8,025 nt of DNA from the IMG/VR virus record IMGVR_UViG_2585427729_000009, positions 1 through 8,025 of that record; one strand, given 5' to 3'. This document shows, piece by piece, positions 6,009 through 8,025 of the stretch (the stretch's first letter is position 1; each line of letters opens with the position of its first letter). Source of the stretch: a virus (Duplodnaviria > Heunggongvirae > Uroviricota > Caudoviricetes). Position numbers and translations under genes: made by a program. The notes under the pieces were generated by a model. It saw only the letters and a list, made by a program, of their open reading frames with translations, was not told the DNA's origin and did no database searches.

Positions 6009-6295
6009 CGGGCAAAGAGGCAATTATTCATTACCTCGGAACGCATAAGAGCTTCTGTGCACAGGACGTTTCCGCGCTAACAGGCGCAACAGTAACCAGC
6101 ATAAATCAGGCCGCGGCTAAAATGGCACGGGCAGGTCTTCTGGTTATCGAAGGTAAGGTCTGGCGAACGGTGTATTACCGGTTCGCTACCAGAGAAGAAC
6201 GGGAAGGAAAGGTGAGCACGAACCTGATTTTTAAGGAGTGTCGCCAGAGTGCCGCGATGAAACGGGTATTGGCGGTATATGGAGTTAAAAGATGA
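6005..6295 (+). CDS. ren: Ren (Rex-exclusion escape protein), 96 aa
   Basis: MTGKEAIIHYLGTH...VLAVYGVKR matches lambda Ren; its ATG overlaps the P stop (ATGA). Confidence 0.9.
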   Translation: MTGKEAIIHYLGTHKSFCAQDVSALTGATVTSINQAAAKMARAGLLVIEGKVWRTVYYRFATREEREGKVSTNLIFKECRQSAAMKRVLAVYGVKR

Positions 6296-6320
6296 CCATC
6301 TACATCACTGAGCTAATAAC

Positions 6321-6352
6321 AGGCCTGCTGGTAATCGCAGGCCTTTTTATTT
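6321..6352 (+). terminator. tR2-like intrinsic terminator between ren and ninB
   Basis: Stem AGGCCTGC (6321..6328), loop tggtaatc, GCAGGCCT (6337..6344), then TTTTTATTT. Confidence 0.65.
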
Positions 6353-6368
6353 GGGGGAGAGGGAAGTC

Positions 6369-6809
6369 ATGAAAAAACTAACCTTTGAAATTCGATCTCC
6401 AGCACATCAGCAAAACGCTATTCACGCGGTACAGCAAATTCTTCCAGACCCAACCAAACCAATCGTAGTAACCATTCAGGAACGCAACCGCAGCTTAGAC
6501 CAGAATCGAAAGCTTTGGGCTTGCCTTGGTGACGTCTCTCGTCAGGTTGAATGGCATGGTCGCTGGCTGGATGCAGAAAGCTGGAAGTGCGTTTTTACAG
6601 CAGCATTAAAGCAGCAGGACGTTGTTCCTAACCTTGCCGGGAATGGCTTTGTGGTAATAGGCCAGTCAACCAGCAGGATGCGTGTAAGCGAATTTGCGGA
6701 GCTATTAGAGCTTATACAGGCATTCGGTACAGAGCGTGGCGTTAAGTGGTCAGACGAAGCGCGACTGGCTCTCGAATGGAAAGCGCGATGGGGAGATCGG
6801 GCTGCATGA
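6369..6809 (+). CDS. ninB: NinB (Orf-family recombination mediator), 146 aa
   Basis: MKKLTFEIRSPAHQQNAIHAVQQILPDPTKPIVVTIQERNRSLDQNRKLW... Start ATG 6369 after GGAGAGGGAAG; the track ORF from 6351 begins at a TTG and is an extension. Confidence 0.9.
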   Translation: MKKLTFEIRSPAHQQNAIHAVQQILPDPTKPIVVTIQERNRSLDQNRKLWACLGDVSRQVEWHGRWLDAESWKCVFTAALKQQDVVPNLAGNGFVVIGQSTSRMRVSEFAELLELIQAFGTERGVKWSDEARLALEWKARWGDRAA

Positions 6810-7333
6810 CTATCAAATCAAATACGCCATCACACGACAAGGACTGCTGGCAAACGCCGCTCTGGCTTTTTGATGCACTGGATATTGAGTTTGGATTCTG
6901 GCTGGATTCGGCAGCGAGCGACAAAAATGCTCTGTGCGCTCACTGGCTAACTGAGGCTGACGACGCGCTAAATTCTGAGTGGATAAGCCACGGTGCAATC
7001 TGGAATAACCCACCGTACAGCAATATCAGGCCGTGGGTGGAAAAAGCCGCTGAGCAGTGCATACAACAACGACAGACGGTAGTGATGCTTGTGCCAGAGG
7101 ATATGTCTGTCGGATGGTTCAGCAAGGCTCTGGAGAGTGTCGACGAAGTTCGCATTATCACTGATGGACGGATTAATTTTATCGAACCATCGACAGGGCT
7201 GGAGAAGAAGGGAAACAGCAAAGGCTCCATGCTGCTGATTTGGCGACCGTTCATCAGTCCTCGACGGATGTTTACTACCGTATCCAAAGCGGCATTGATG
7301 GCGATCGGGCAGGGCGTCAGGAGGGCGGCATGA
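6806..7333 (+). CDS. Phage Dam-like DNA N6-adenine methyltransferase (about 175 aa), orphan
   Basis: Begins [31 protein letters not shown]... and contains the catalytic tetrapeptide NPPY (IWNNPPYSN). ATG 6806..6808 overlaps the ninB stop (ATGA). No adjacent restriction endonuclease gene. Confidence 0.7.
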   Translation: MTIKSNTPSHDKDCWQTPLWLFDALDIEFGFWLDSAASDKNALCAHWLTEADDALNSEWISHGAIWNNPPYSNIRPWVEKAAEQCIQQRQTVVMLVPEDMSVGWFSKALESVDEVRIITDGRINFIEPSTGLEKKGNSKGSMLLIWRPFISPRRMFTTVSKAALMAIGQGVRRAA

Positions 7334-7506
7334 GGCGACAACGACGAAGTATCACCGACATCATCTGCGAAAACTGCAAATACCTTCCAACGAAACGCTC
7401 CAGAAATAAACGCAAGCCAATCCCAAAAGAATCTGACGTAAAAACCTTCAATTACACGGCTCACCTGTGGGATATCCGGTGGCTAAGACATCGTGCGAGG
7501 AAATGA
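7330..7506 (+). CDS. Small basic NinE/NinD-family nin-region protein (58 aa, CxxC)
   Basis: [61 protein letters not shown] 7330 overlaps the methyltransferase stop (ATGA); the track ORF from 7240 is an extension. Confidence 0.7.
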   Translation: MRRQRRSITDIICENCKYLPTKRSRNKRKPIPKESDVKTFNYTAHLWDIRWLRHRARK

Positions 7507-7853
7507 CAATGGATTATTCACAGTTAAGTGATTTTGAAATTAACAAGCGAGTATTTAAAGCGATAGTTGGGGCAAAACCATTAGGTTATCCGCACAACGC
7601 AGATGGACGGTCTGTTGGCAATGAAGCAAATGGTAATTATCGATGGTACGACTACTGCAATAACCCAGCAGACGCATGGCCGATTATCACTGAAAACAAC
7701 ATCAGCATAATTTTAGACAATCCCTCAATGCCGTGCGCCACAGACAACGCAAGGGACTTGTTTGATGATGCCGGACCGAATGTTGGTGTCGCATATGACA
7801 ATCCACTCCGTGCCGCCATGATTGTCTTTCTCATGATGCGGAGAATCCAATAA
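7503..7853 (+). CDS. Hypothetical nin-region protein (116 aa)
   Basis: [37 protein letters not shown]...; ATG 7503..7505 overlaps the preceding stop (ATGA). Start chosen by coupling; the track ORF starts 12 codons upstream at 7467. No motif recognised. Confidence 0.6.
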   Translation: MTMDYSQLSDFEINKRVFKAIVGAKPLGYPHNADGRSVGNEANGNYRWYDYCNNPADAWPIITENNISIILDNPSMPCATDNARDLFDDAGPNVGVAYDNPLRAAMIVFLMMRRIQ

Positions 7854-8025
7854 TGCTTAGCCCATCCCAAACCCTTCAATACCAGAAAGAAAGCGTCGAG
7901 CGAGCTTTAACGTGCGCTAACTGCGGTCAGAAGCTGCATGTGCTGGAAGTTCACGTGTGCTCCGATTGCTGCGCAGAGCTGATGAGCGATCCGAATAGCT
8001 CAATGTACGAGGAAGAAGACGATGA
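7853..8025 (+). CDS. ninF: NinF (Cys-rich small protein), about 57 codons present; 3' end runs off the window
   Basis: From ATG 7853 (TAATG overlap with the preceding stop): [57 protein letters not shown]... with no stop before the window end. Confidence 0.75.
   Translation, partial: MLSPSQTLQYQKESVERALTCANCGQKLHVLEVHVCSDCCAELMSDPNSSMYEEEDD

Noticed and set aside
5623-7464. ORFs 5623..5814 (+), 5765..6046 (-), 6742..6924 (-), 6813..7013 (-), 6940..7464 (-)
   Set aside because: Antisense or out of frame relative to P, ren, ninB and the methyltransferase; no supporting signals.
7652-7879. ORF 7652..7879 (-)
   Set aside because: Antisense to the coupled nin gene chain.

Overview
This window is the early control and replication region of a phage-lambda-like (lambdoid) prophage or phage, with several non-lambda substitutions. 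Leftward (minus-strand) pL operon: pL/OL (2823..2897), nutL, N, a translationally coupled AT-rich 293-aa ORF of unknown function, ea10, cIII, kil, gam, and the first 36 codons of bet. The immunity region has a cI repressor whose C-terminal domain looks lambda-like but whose N-terminal HTH domain, the cro gene and the operators are not lambda; no rexA/rexB follows cI, only a strong terminator. Rightward (plus-strand): pR, cro, nutR, cII (with pRE site and oop antisense RNA), O (containing ori iterons), P, ren, a tR2-like terminator, ninB, a Dam-like N6-adenine methyltransferase, a small NinE/NinD-like protein, a 116-aa hypothetical and the start of ninF. The main candidate for an undescribed system is the 293-aa AT-rich ORF fused to the 3' end of N, sitting where lambda carries ral/sieB. 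All identifications rest on my reading of the translations and on remembered lambda sequences; no database search was run. No tRNA, rRNA, CRISPR array or IS element was seen.
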